DNA from: a virus
IMG/VR virus record: IMGVR_UViG_3300034683_000092
Coordinates: 32,584-96,583 of that record
Direction: 5' to 3' (one strand)
Length of the DNA: 64,000 nucleotides
The translations under genes and the position numbers were made by a program. Below the pieces are notes generated by a model. That model made no database searches. It was not told the origin of the DNA and was given only the letters and a program-made list of their open reading frames with translations. This document shows positions 8,042 through 18,011 of this stretch, one piece after another (positions within the stretch are counted from its first letter, which is position 1; every line of letters starts with the position of its first letter).

Positions 8042-8795
8042 ATTAAGAGAAGATGAAATAAGAATTAAGGGAGTCAATTTTGATCCATCTTGTTCTTTGT
8101 ATAGGCTAGCTGATAATTATATAGCTTTTAAAAAGAAGGCTAAAGACCGTATTGAGAATGCTATAGAGTCTGAGAAGCCTATTTTCTGTATTATTCCAAT
8201 AAATTTAATAAAGTTCTTTGCTCACTTTGCAAACAAACGCTTTTTAGAGTCATTGAGAAGAGCAGCTAGCTTATCAGTTAACGAATGTGCTGTTTTATTG
8301 TTTATTCCTTCTAAAAGGGAATTAGTAGTAGTGCCGTATCACTCTTTTGTTAATCATACTGCTATAGAAAAAGACTTTATAGAATTTCCTGTCGACTTAG
8401 TTCCTTTATATGTATATAAGTATTTTATAGGAGAAACAAATTTTCACTCTTATATATATACTGGAACTGTCGAGCCAGAGTTTATTACACAAGATATTAC
8501 TCGTGACGAAATTGGTGATTTTGGCGATATGGTTGATTATAATTTTATAGCAACACATCACTTTCTTGGCTCTAACAAAATATCAATTATAAATCATTTA
8601 AAAAGTTTAATTGATATTACTATGGAAGATCATCTTTTAAATAATGCTTTAGTTGAATTATATACTGCCGCAAAGACAGCTATAATCAATGAGCCAAAAA
8701 CATTGCAGATATTTCAAAAAAGAGATGGTTATGGATGTATGTTAGTTAAATCAAAAGAAGAATATGATAATAAGAAATTTAAAAAAACAATTTAG
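8028..8795 (+). CDS. Hypothetical protein (start probably MNLNE at 8028 rather than 7971)
   Basis: Long ORF; the 8028 start minimises overlap; QDITRDEIGDFG motif. Confidence 0.7.
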   Translation: MNLNELREDEIRIKGVNFDPSCSLYRLADNYIAFKKKAKDRIENAIESEKPIFCIIPINLIKFFAHFANKRFLESLRRAASLSVNECAVLLFIPSKRELVVVPYHSFVNHTAIEKDFIEFPVDLVPLYVYKYFIGETNFHSYIYTGTVEPEFITQDITRDEIGDFGDMVDYNFIATHHFLGSNKISIINHLKSLIDITMEDHLLNNALVELYTAAKTAIINEPKTLQIFQKRDGYGCMLVKSKEEYDNKKFKKTI

Positions 8796-10017
8796 AAACC
8801 TATGCTATTTAGAGCTATGGTTAAGTGGTTTTGGGATAGACCCAAATGCTAATATTGATCTTTTTTGCGGGGGTGCTGACGGTATAAGAACTTTTTACCC
8901 CAAAAGGCTTTTTCAAAACATAAGAGATAATATTATTTATACTCTTCCTGGTATATACAATCAGACAGGATTAGCTTATTGCGTTCTTAGAATAGATAGC
9001 CCTTTTTTAAGGATGCTAGGCATAACTCTTCCAGGCAATACGATGTATGTTGTATTAATGAAATTGCGTAGTTGTGAATCATTACTTCTAATAAGATTTA
9101 CAAACGATAACGACGCTTATTTATTTGCTAGAGAGTTCTATGAGAACACTCATATAGAGCAGTCTGGCTTTATTAATATAGTAAATAACGGAGACTTCTT
9201 TATAGAAGAAGAAAATGTCGTTAAGGTCAATAAACCAAATGTTGTTGAATGCAATTTCGTGAAGAGAAAAATAGATAGTCTATCTCAAGATATTACATTC
9301 GATGAAATTGGAGATTTCGGCTTTGACAAAGAGAATCAATTTGATATTGGTCTTATGCCGAAAAACTACACAATTAAATGTGATGATTTCAAATCTTTGA
9401 TTGATAAAATAAAGTTGTTAAATAACAATTTTATTTACAGAGATCTTAATTGTAATTACGTTTATGTCGGTATTAACTCAATGAAAAGAGTTCTTCCAGA
9501 AAACGAAGGGAAGTATAAATCTCTAAATCAACGAGAGCTATTCGCTATATTAAACTTTAATTCTGAAGAAGTTTTAGAGATAGAAAGAGCTGAACGATAT
9601 AAGTTTTATTTAATAGATAATCTTATTTATGGTACTAAGTATTCTGAAGATCTAGAAAAAGATAAAATTGAAGCAGACTGGTGCAACGATTTCACATATA
9701 TTCCTAGATTAGAGTGTCAGCAATCTAAAGCCCTTAGAGAAAAGTTTGTTCCTAATATTATGGACGAAGTTGGGGCCGCTGAGGCTGAAAAAGTAAAAGT
9801 GAAGCCAGATGTTATTAAAATGGGAGTCGGTTTAAATGATAGAGCATTTTTTGACGAGGCTCATATAAAGGCTATACATGATGCTCAAAAAAAAGGAAGG
9901 CTAGATGTTCTTAGAAGGGCGGTTGGGCTAGATGCCGATATAGACAAACCGAATGCTCCAGAAGATGCGTTTGAGGCAAAGCCTAAAAAAGATGCTGATT
10001 GGTGGGACGCATTTTAA
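8764..10017 (+). CDS. Hypothetical protein
   Basis: 417 aa; QDITFDEIGDFG motif; acidic-aromatic tail DADWWDAF. Confidence 0.75.
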   Translation: MIIRNLKKQFRNLCYLELWLSGFGIDPNANIDLFCGGADGIRTFYPKRLFQNIRDNIIYTLPGIYNQTGLAYCVLRIDSPFLRMLGITLPGNTMYVVLMKLRSCESLLLIRFTNDNDAYLFAREFYENTHIEQSGFINIVNNGDFFIEEENVVKVNKPNVVECNFVKRKIDSLSQDITFDEIGDFGFDKENQFDIGLMPKNYTIKCDDFKSLIDKIKLLNNNFIYRDLNCNYVYVGINSMKRVLPENEGKYKSLNQRELFAILNFNSEEVLEIERAERYKFYLIDNLIYGTKYSEDLEKDKIEADWCNDFTYIPRLECQQSKALREKFVPNIMDEVGAAEAEKVKVKPDVIKMGVGLNDRAFFDEAHIKAIHDAQKKGRLDVLRRAVGLDADIDKPNAPEDAFEAKPKKDADWWDAF

Positions 10018-10026
10018 TATTAAAAG

Positions 10027-10587
10027 ATGATATTCGATTTCGATTATAAACTACTATCTAAATACAGTATCACATGTCGTGACTTAGCCGTGATGGTTGC
10101 GTTACTATATTCACCAAATGGAATAAAAATAAGTGGATTCGATAGATTAATAATAAATGGCATTATTGAATATAATGAAGATGGTGATACAGCTTTCATA
10201 ACAGAATATGGATGCAAATTACTTGATTCTTTATCTAAAAGTGTTCATGCCGCTCAGTTCAATAAAGCTGAGATGGATGAATTTATTGAAAAACTTAGAT
10301 CCATATTCCCATCTGGTAAGAAAGATGGTACTAATAAATACTGGAGAGATAATTCAGAAGCTATTGCGAAAAAGCTTAGGAATTTTATGAAGAGAAATCC
10401 AAAATACTCTCCAGATGAGATTTTAAAAGCCACAGAGAGATATGTAGAGTCCTTTCATGGGAATTATAGCTTAATGAGAATATTGCCTTATTTCATAGAG
10501 AAAGAGGGCAACTCAGAGCTATTAACGTTCCTTGAAGTAGACACCTCTACTGGTGGCGAGTATATGAACATTCAACAAATGATTTAG
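10027..10587 (+). CDS. Putative replication initiator or helicase loader
   Basis: Immediately upstream of the DnaB-like gene; possible N-terminal wHTH. Function inferred from context. Confidence 0.5.
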   Translation: MIFDFDYKLLSKYSITCRDLAVMVALLYSPNGIKISGFDRLIINGIIEYNEDGDTAFITEYGCKLLDSLSKSVHAAQFNKAEMDEFIEKLRSIFPSGKKDGTNKYWRDNSEAIAKKLRNFMKRNPKYSPDEILKATERYVESFHGNYSLMRILPYFIEKEGNSELLTFLEVDTSTGGEYMNIQQMI

Positions 10588-10588
10588 A

Positions 10589-11776
10589 ATGATTGAAGAA
10601 GTCATACAAAATCTATATGAAAAGCGTGCTAGAATACTAGATGGTAAGACTAACTGTATACCATGCCCATTTATGCGATTTAGAGAAGTGTGGCCTGGCA
10701 TAGAAAGGAAGAAATACTATATAGTAACTGGTCAGCAGAAGTCTGGGAAGACTCAATTTACAGATTATACATTTTTATACGAACCGCTTAAATACGCATA
10801 CAGAAATCCAGATAAAGTCAGGGTTAAAATATTCTATTTCAGCCTAGAGATGAGTGCTGAGGAGAAACTACAGCAGTTAATATCTCATTTGCTATATATA
10901 AAAAGCAAAGGAGCAACAGTTGTGTCTCCAACAGATCTTAGATCTACTAGAGAGGATAAGCCAGTGGAAAAAGAGATTCTTGATGAGATTTCAAAACCAG
11001 AATATATGAATTTCATGAAATTCTTTGAAGAGCATGTAACAATTATCTCTGATATTAGAAATCCAACTGGCATTTACAAGTTTATGGAAAACTATGCAAA
11101 GAACTCTGGTACTATTTTTAAAAAAGAATTAGAAATAGTCAATTCGTCTACTAAAGAGAGGATTACTCAATCAGTATTTTCTCATTATGTGCCAAACGAT
11201 GAAGACGAATATGTTATTTGTATTGTAGACCATATATCTTTATTATCTCAAGAAACTGGATTGTCGCTACACGAGACAATAAGTAAATTGTCGGCAGATT
11301 ACTTTGTTAAACTAAGGAATTACTACTCTTTTATACCAGTAGTCGTTCAACAGCAAGCAATTGCTGGTGAATCAGACCAAAATGTAAAAGATAATAGGTT
11401 ATTTCCAACGGTTAGCAATCTTGCGGAAAATAAATTGACAAGTCGCGACGCCAATAGCATGTTTGGACTTTATTCTCCATTTAGACATAACATAGCAAAA
11501 CATGAGGGATATGACATCTCTGTATTTAGAGATAATATACGATTTATGGAGCTTATGATAAGTAGAGATGGTGGAGCTGGTTCAGTATGCCCTTTATTTT
11601 TTAATGGAGCAGTCAATTACTTCGCAGAGATGCCAAGAGTTGACAACAAACAAGAGTTAGACAAAATGTATAAACTTACTGATCATTATAGAAAAAAGAT
11701 CAGAGTTAATTTATTTAATTATTTTTTAAAAACAAAGAAACGAAATGGGAGTATCAGTAGCAATCGTAGGCCCTAG
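10589..11776 (+). CDS. dnaB: DnaB-like (SF4) replicative helicase
   Basis: Walker A GQQKSGKT, FSLEM (H1a), IVDHI (Walker B), VVVQQ (H3), SRDA..F (H4), SRDG. Confidence 0.88.
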   Translation: MIEEVIQNLYEKRARILDGKTNCIPCPFMRFREVWPGIERKKYYIVTGQQKSGKTQFTDYTFLYEPLKYAYRNPDKVRVKIFYFSLEMSAEEKLQQLISHLLYIKSKGATVVSPTDLRSTREDKPVEKEILDEISKPEYMNFMKFFEEHVTIISDIRNPTGIYKFMENYAKNSGTIFKKELEIVNSSTKERITQSVFSHYVPNDEDEYVICIVDHISLLSQETGLSLHETISKLSADYFVKLRNYYSFIPVVVQQQAIAGESDQNVKDNRLFPTVSNLAENKLTSRDANSMFGLYSPFRHNIAKHEGYDISVFRDNIRFMELMISRDGGAGSVCPLFFNGAVNYFAEMPRVDNKQELDKMYKLTDHYRKKIRVNLFNYFLKTKKRNGSISSNRRP

Positions 11777-12734
11777 TGGCGGTGGTAAAACGACGAGTCA
11801 CATGATTAATGTAGATGGGACAGTGGATTTAAATCCAGAAAAATACACTGGAATGAATCCTAAAACTCATTTTATAATAAACACAGACTGCAAGCAATTG
11901 CCTTTGCCACCACACCTGTGGAATAGAAAGAACAAGAATTATACAGAAACCAAAGAATTGGAAGATATTAGAAAAGTCTTTCAGTATGTAGCCAAGAACC
12001 CAGATATAAAATCTATTTCATTAGATACTTTAAATGTTTATTTAGCATATAAAGAGTATAATGATAGAAAAAAGCTTACATTTGATCAGTAAACTAAAGT
12101 TTTAACATTTTTAATAAATTTGTAAACGCTGCTGATCTAAAACTCCGTTAAACAGGGAAACTCTTGTAATATAGACAATCCTGTGCTAAACCTTTTAGAA
12201 ATAAAAGAAAATGCCAAACGACTAGGAATGATGCTTAACAAGTAATGTTGAAGCTATAAAATTTCCCACGAAAGCGGGGCACTGCTTATTTTTTTTTTAA
12301 TAAGCTAAAGATATAGTCTGAGCTATATGGTGACATATAGAAGCACGAGATAAAGAGCTTGTGCGATAACAAATGGGCGTGATGTAGCCAATGATATTCT
12401 TGAAATAATCGACATGTGCAATAACGTGTTAAGAGAAGATCAAATTGGATATATATTTTGTCACACGAACATACAAACTGATGTTGATGGTGCTGATAAA
12501 AGAGTTATTGCTGTTTTAGGTAAAAAGTCGGTTTCCAGACCTCCAGAAGCATTCTTTCCAATTGTTTTAATGACAACTGTTGAAGATGACGGAGATGGAG
12601 AACCTCGCTTTTTCTTTGAAACAAAAATGAATCGTAGTACTGCAAAAACTCCACTTGGGATGTTTAATGAATTTAGAATTCCAAATTCATTAGCTTTAGT
12701 AGATAAAGCCATTAGAGATTATCATAAGATCTAA
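11745..12734 (+). CDS. AAA_24/Sak4-like P-loop ATPase, intron-split: join(11745..12090,12376..12734), 234 aa
   Basis: Walker A GPSGGGKTT, Walker B ISLDT. Splicing restores LTFDQ-W-RDVANDILEIIDMCNN, in frame with the 12414 ORF. Confidence 0.85.
12091..12375 (+). ncRNA. Group I self-splicing intron (IA-like), no homing endonuclease ORF
   Basis: P1 GATCAGT/GCTGATC with U.G at the splice site; P10 ACGCT/GGCGT; P3 CTCCGTT/AGCGGGG; P4 ACAGG/CCTGT; P7 GACTA/TAGTC (AAACGACTA and AAGATATAGTCT); P8 GCTTATT/AATAAGC; P9 CTATATG/CATATAG; terminal G 12375. Confidence 0.93.
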
Positions 12735-12982
12735 TGAAAGACATTCTAAATAGAGTTATAAGCGGTGATTTATCAGTTGTAGACGTTTTAGTTAGAGAGG
12801 CTTTAGACGATGCAAATGTCGTTAAAAAAGACGATTTAAATAATAGCGTATCATTGGTTCTTGCTGTGTCGATGCATAATCCAATAATGTTGGAAATGCT
12901 AATATCAAATTTAATAGGTTATTTTGAAAGAAAATATAACCTAACAAAAATAATCCACAAAAATAAAGCATTTTATGTCTAA
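12734..12982 (+). CDS. Hypothetical protein
   Basis: 82 aa, coupled to both neighbours. Confidence 0.65.
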   Translation: MKDILNRVISGDLSVVDVLVREALDDANVVKKDDLNNSVSLVLAVSMHNPIMLEMLISNLIGYFERKYNLTKIIHKNKAFYV

Positions 12983-13931
12983 AAAGAAAAATGTAGTATT
13001 GATGGCTTGGGGCGGAGCCAAAGAAACAGCTCAACAAGTGACTGAATTCAATAAGTACACTGGAATTCTTCCTGTATCAATTATTGCCTTGAATCCAAAT
13101 AAGACAGAGTTGTCTAAGATCTTAGGTAGAGAGATAGAAGAAGAACCATCGTATATTATTGATGCCAAAGATGGTAAGCCAAAAACCTTGCGTATTGAAT
13201 TACTAGTTAAGCCTGCTGGAGTTGAGTTTGAAGGGATTCAATTTATGAATAGGATTAACTATTTTATTCGTATGGAGATCATGCGAAATAAAGACAAGAC
13301 GAAGGTTCAAGTAATAAATAAATACGGTCAGACCGCTTGGGTTACAAACGAAGAATTTGATGCCAAAGAAGCTCCTAGCACGTCTTTCGCTATGCCGTAT
13401 AGAGCGGCATTGTCTGGAGAGGCTGATTTCGTAGAAGCTATCAGAATTTACTTTGACGTTAAAAGGCCTGATGTATATAAGGATGGAGCGTGGGAGTTAA
13501 GGCCAGCTGTTGAACTTAAGGATTGTGAGGGCGAATTAGATGACTCTATGCTTAAGAAAATGGCTAGAGGAGATTTCTCTGATTTGCAAAAGTTAGTAAA
13601 AGCTTATCCTAATAACAGAATTAAATACTTTTTTGGAGTTAAAATCTACGAAGGCAAGGAGTATCAAACTGCTTGCACAAGGGTTCCTATTGCTCCAAAT
13701 GCAAGAAACCTAACAAGGTATTTTGAGAGATTGAAATATCTAATGGGTACTCCATCTTATCAAAACACTTCATTTGGTCAAGAACCTTATGTGTTTGGTG
13801 TTTATAAGCCTATGGCATCTGATTTTGAGCAAAAAGAATCAGTAGCTATTCCATCTGTAGCTGACCCATTTGCTGCTAATGATAACTCAATGGCCACAAA
13901 CAGTGACGCAATTGATGATTTACCATTTTAA
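12975..13931 (+). CDS. Putative single-stranded DNA-binding protein
   Basis: Flexible acidic tail ending DDLPF; lies between the ATPase and primase. Confidence 0.65.
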   Translation: MSKKKNVVLMAWGGAKETAQQVTEFNKYTGILPVSIIALNPNKTELSKILGREIEEEPSYIIDAKDGKPKTLRIELLVKPAGVEFEGIQFMNRINYFIRMEIMRNKDKTKVQVINKYGQTAWVTNEEFDAKEAPSTSFAMPYRAALSGEADFVEAIRIYFDVKRPDVYKDGAWELRPAVELKDCEGELDDSMLKKMARGDFSDLQKLVKAYPNNRIKYFFGVKIYEGKEYQTACTRVPIAPNARNLTRYFERLKYLMGTPSYQNTSFGQEPYVFGVYKPMASDFEQKESVAIPSVADPFAANDNSMATNSDAIDDLPF

Positions 13932-13937
13932 TAAAAT

Positions 13938-14909
13938 ATGATTAAAGCTAATCTATCAGAAGTTTCTTTAGAAGATATAGCTCATATTGATCAAGTAGAA
14001 TTAGCACGTAGGTATCTTGGTATATCCAAGATGCCTATTGTTATTTCTTCTCCATTTAGAGAAGATAAACATCCGTCTTTTTCTATTAGATATAAAAATG
14101 GAGTAGTTCAATTTATGGATTTTGCAACAAATGATTATGGTAACATATACACATTGCTTTGCAAGATGTGGAATTGTTCTTTTAAAGAAGCTATATCTAA
14201 AATCTATTATGATTATGCATGTAATAACTACAGCAAAATAAATGGATTTAAAAAGCCTATAATAGACAAAGAATCTGTATTCCAATCGCAAATAGATGTA
14301 AAAGTAAGAGCTTTTGAGGATTATGATTTAGAGTTTTGGGGCAAATACGGTATAAGCAAAGAATGGTTAGTTTTTGGAGATGTATATGCAATATCACATA
14401 TATTTATTAAAAAAAGCGATAAAGAGTACTCTTTTTTAGCTGATAAATATGCTTACGTTTATATAGAGCGCAAAGACAATATTGTGTCTAAAAAGATATA
14501 TCAGCCTTATAATGATAGATATAAGTGGATTAATAAATCAGATGCATCTGTTTGGGACTTATTTGCTAAACTACCATTCTATGGCGATAAGCTTATTATT
14601 ACTTCGTCACGAAAAGACGCTTTAAATTTATGGAGTAACTTAGCAATCCCAGCAACATCCTTGCAGGGAGAAGGGTTTATTCCAAAAGAAAAAGTTATCA
14701 ACGAATTGAAGCATAGGTTTAAAAGAATATATGTTTTATACGATAATGACGAAGCTGGTATTATTAACTCAAAAAAGATATGTGATAAATATGATTTAGA
14801 AAACATAATGATTCCATTGGAAGAGTTATCTAAAGACCCTAGTGATTTATATAAAAACACTGGTGAAAGAAATTACTTATCAGTATTTAAAAAAATATTA
14901 AACATTTAA
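13938..14909 (+). CDS. dnaG: DNA primase (DnaG-like, Toprim)
   Basis: Degenerate Zn-ribbon SSPFREDKHPSF...FMDF; Toprim IITSSRKD and YDNDEAG; KDPSD. Confidence 0.85.
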   Translation: MIKANLSEVSLEDIAHIDQVELARRYLGISKMPIVISSPFREDKHPSFSIRYKNGVVQFMDFATNDYGNIYTLLCKMWNCSFKEAISKIYYDYACNNYSKINGFKKPIIDKESVFQSQIDVKVRAFEDYDLEFWGKYGISKEWLVFGDVYAISHIFIKKSDKEYSFLADKYAYVYIERKDNIVSKKIYQPYNDRYKWINKSDASVWDLFAKLPFYGDKLIITSSRKDALNLWSNLAIPATSLQGEGFIPKEKVINELKHRFKRIYVLYDNDEAGIINSKKICDKYDLENIMIPLEELSKDPSDLYKNTGERNYLSVFKKILNI

Positions 14910-14911
14910 AT

Positions 14912-15802
14912 ATGAATTTTGATTCTTTTTATTCAATTTATCAAAAATATGATGATATAAACGCAAAAGAATATCCAACACCGTCTAATCCTAAGTCGAG
15001 GATACAACACAGATGGTGTTTTTCTCCGCTATTTAACAAAAGCACTGAATCTTTTAAATCCATACAAGTTATTAAGATATGGATGACCAGTAAAGATGTT
15101 AGTAATGAAATCGAAGGTAAAGATATTGACCCGTATAATAGGATGATGTCAAATGAATCTCATAAAGTTTTAATAACAGAAGAAGAACTTCGTAACTACA
15201 TCAATAATGTATCTCTTCTTTTTAATGTTGAAATGACATTAGATACTATCGATGATTCAGAATGGGTGGTATCTATCTTTACGAAAGGATCTACTGACGT
15301 TGGAAGGATAAAAACTGTTATGACTTTTGTTCGATACGCTTATGAGTTCTCTTTTAATTACATATTGGCATTATTATATGGATCTATTGACTTAGGTATA
15401 TTTAGTAAGGATGAAGACTTCTTTGCTTTATTGTTCTTCTTTAGTGTTACAGAGCATAGCAATGACAATCATGCTTTTGCTGGAAATAGTGACATATTGT
15501 ATACTAATCCTGCAATATTAAATGAACATATTGGAGAAACACGAATAGAAGGCGTATATTACTTTATGGAAAGAGCATCTATAAATGTTGATCGTTTATT
15601 ATATGAAGATGGTGAGAAAGTTTGTGAAACAGTAAGAACCGAGTCTTATTTTAGAAATCTATTAAGCGAAGGAAGTGCTGAGTATTGTAGTGATCCAAAT
15701 AAAAATGGAGTTTATGATTATTTAAAAAACAACAAAGATCAAATAATTAAATTATATGAAAGTTATAAAAAACAGATTAAAGATCAGGTCCAAAAACCAT
15801 AG
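14912..15802 (+). CDS. Unknown protein of the amidoligase module; paralogue of 16555..17376
   Basis: CFSxxF, ITEEEL, KTVMTFVRYAYE..N.IL and HAF motifs shared with the 16555 ORF. Confidence 0.7.
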   Translation: MNFDSFYSIYQKYDDINAKEYPTPSNPKSRIQHRWCFSPLFNKSTESFKSIQVIKIWMTSKDVSNEIEGKDIDPYNRMMSNESHKVLITEEELRNYINNVSLLFNVEMTLDTIDDSEWVVSIFTKGSTDVGRIKTVMTFVRYAYEFSFNYILALLYGSIDLGIFSKDEDFFALLFFFSVTEHSNDNHAFAGNSDILYTNPAILNEHIGETRIEGVYYFMERASINVDRLLYEDGEKVCETVRTESYFRNLLSEGSAEYCSDPNKNGVYDYLKNNKDQIIKLYESYKKQIKDQVQKP

Positions 15803-16562
15803 TGCAAAACTATTGGATCGTTTAGAGTGTGACAAATTATCAGTGTTAAGACTTGGAAGCAAAACGCCAAATGACGTAGTCTTCGCAAATAGCAAACGCT
15901 ACAAAAAAGGAGAAATCCCTTTTGAGATAAACACTGTTGAAGCATGCGTTAACTCTTCTAACAAGAGATTAATGAAGCAATGCTTTAACGAATTAGACGT
16001 AGCAACAGCGTTATGGTGCGATTTAAGCGAGTTTATCGAAGGAGATGCTGAATTCTCTTATCCAATAGTAGTAAAGGGCATATACGGCTATAAAAACAAA
16101 GATAACTATTTTATCAAAGGCAAAGAAGAACTTGATGAATGGTTGAAAGTTGATAGAAAAATTGAAAACTATATAGTAGAGAAGTTCTACACCTACTCAA
16201 AAGAGTATAGAGTTCATGTAGCTAAGGTTGGAGATGAATATAATGCTTTTTATAGTTTGCGTAAAATGCTTGTAAATGACATTCCTGATGAAGATAGGTG
16301 GTTTAGAAATGACGCAAATTGCGTGTGGATTTTAGAGGACAACGAGCAATTTGATGCTCCTATAAATTGGGATAGCATCAAAGAGCAAGCTTGTAAGGCC
16401 ATCGAGTCTGTTGGATTGTCAATGGGTTGTGTAGATGTAAAAACGCAATCACGCAAAGGTGAATGCGGATGCATTATATTAGAAACAAACTCTGCGCCAA
16501 GCCTTTCTGAGATAACTGCTGAAAAATATAACGAACAATTAAAATTGATGTTAAATGTATAG
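15756..16562 (+). CDS. ATP-grasp ligase (RimK-like fold)
   Basis: SSNK, YPIVVK, YIVEK, EYRVHV, GCVDV, ILETNSAP. Confidence 0.88.
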   Translation: MKVIKNRLKIRSKNHSAKLLDRLECDKLSVLRLGSKTPNDVVFANSKRYKKGEIPFEINTVEACVNSSNKRLMKQCFNELDVATALWCDLSEFIEGDAEFSYPIVVKGIYGYKNKDNYFIKGKEELDEWLKVDRKIENYIVEKFYTYSKEYRVHVAKVGDEYNAFYSLRKMLVNDIPDEDRWFRNDANCVWILEDNEQFDAPINWDSIKEQACKAIESVGLSMGCVDVKTQSRKGECGCIILETNSAPSLSEITAEKYNEQLKLMLNV

Positions 16563-17376
16563 AGGGTATCAGTGTATATATAGTATAATAGAGACTACTG
16601 AAAAGGATTTTGATGTAGCTAATAGTGATAGCTATAAAAAGTTTATAGCATCAACAGTCCCATCTGGAACTATCCATGTGTGTTTTTCAAATATATTTGG
16701 AAGAAAATGCTTTGATTACTTATTAATTAAAGCTTTCGCAAACCCTCAATACGCAATTCAGTCTGGAGGGTCAAATGTATGCGTATTAACAAAAGACGAA
16801 ATTATGTTTTTTGTTGACCAGATAAAAGAGCTTTACAAAGTGAACATTGAAATATTTTTTCACGAAAAGCATCAAACAAGAAATAAATTGTCTAAATATC
16901 CATTCTTTGTTATATCATATAAATCATCTGACAATTTATTCATAGATAAAGTAGTACTAACGCTGCTGAGATATATGTTTGAAGAGCCATATAATCTTAT
17001 TTTGAAAACTGTATTTTTAATGGCTGATGATGATTCTTTTAAAGATAACGATTTTTGGTTTAACTTCGAGACGGCTATAGGATGTTGTTATGGTGGAAGT
17101 GGGCACGGTTTTGTTTCTACATATGCAATACAACCTTTAAAATTGGATTTTAAAGAGAACAAAGAGTGTAGAGTAAATTCTATGGTTAAATATTGCGGAG
17201 AATCTGTAAGCAATAACAAATCGATCGATTTCGCATCTATACCAGACGAGATATTGTATGAAGATAAAGATTATTCTTGCGGTTTGAAGTTCTTGAATTT
17301 ATATGAAGAGAAAGTTAGGCCTTTATTATTAATTGTAAACGATATTAAAAAACAAAACTTAAATGAAAAAGTGTAA
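16555..17376 (+). CDS. Unknown protein of the amidoligase module; paralogue of 14912..15802
   Basis: CFSNIF, LTKDEI, KVVLTLLRYMFEEPYNLIL, HGF. Confidence 0.7.
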   Translation: MYRGYQCIYSIIETTEKDFDVANSDSYKKFIASTVPSGTIHVCFSNIFGRKCFDYLLIKAFANPQYAIQSGGSNVCVLTKDEIMFFVDQIKELYKVNIEIFFHEKHQTRNKLSKYPFFVISYKSSDNLFIDKVVLTLLRYMFEEPYNLILKTVFLMADDDSFKDNDFWFNFETAIGCCYGGSGHGFVSTYAIQPLKLDFKENKECRVNSMVKYCGESVSNNKSIDFASIPDEILYEDKDYSCGLKFLNLYEEKVRPLLLIVNDIKKQNLNEKV

Positions 17377-17998
17377 TATTTTTGTTGTTGGAGGTAGCAC
17401 TGGCTATGTTTCATGGATTGAGAATGTTAATTTAGTAGACTCTCCTTTAAAGGCCGACATAGTATTCTTTACTGGAGGCGAGGACGTTAGTCCGTCACTA
17501 TATGGAGAAGAATCTCATAGAACAACATTCGCAAATAAGAAAAGAGATATTGTTGAAATGGAAGTTTTTAACCTTGTAAAAGACAATCCTGATATTCTTA
17601 AGCTTGGAGTTTGCAGGGGATCTCAATTCTTAACAGTAATGAATGGAGCAAAACTAGTTCAGAATGTCAATAACCATGCTATTTGGGGTGGTCACGACAT
17701 AGATGTAGAGCATCCTGAATTCGTTGGTACTATAAAGATAACGTCTACGCATCACCAAATGCTAAGACCCTTTGTGTTGCCAGATGAAGAGTACGATTTA
17801 ATAGCTGTGTCTTCCACTAAAAGAAGTGATGTCTATCAAGGCGGAAATGGCGATATAGAAATGCCTTGTGAACCAGAAATTGTGTATTATAAAAAGACAA
17901 ACAGTCTTTGTATTCAAGGGCATCCTGAAATGCTTCCTTTTGAATGCGAGACAAACGTTGTTTTGAGAAAGATTTTAAATTATTATATCAACAAGTAA
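17363..17998 (+). CDS. Class I glutamine amidotransferase (peptidase C26 / gamma-glutamyl hydrolase-like)
   Basis: FTGGEDV, nucleophile elbow GVCRGSQ, STHHQ, QGHPE. Confidence 0.9.
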   Translation: MKKCNIFVVGGSTGYVSWIENVNLVDSPLKADIVFFTGGEDVSPSLYGEESHRTTFANKKRDIVEMEVFNLVKDNPDILKLGVCRGSQFLTVMNGAKLVQNVNNHAIWGGHDIDVEHPEFVGTIKITSTHHQMLRPFVLPDEEYDLIAVSSTKRSDVYQGGNGDIEMPCEPEIVYYKKTNSLCIQGHPEMLPFECETNVVLRKILNYYINK

Positions 17999-18011
17999 TC
18001 AATTATCAATT

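Noticed and set aside
12093-12413. Pseudogene or two separate genes at the ATPase locus
   Set aside because: The gap is fully explained by a group I intron that restores the reading frame.
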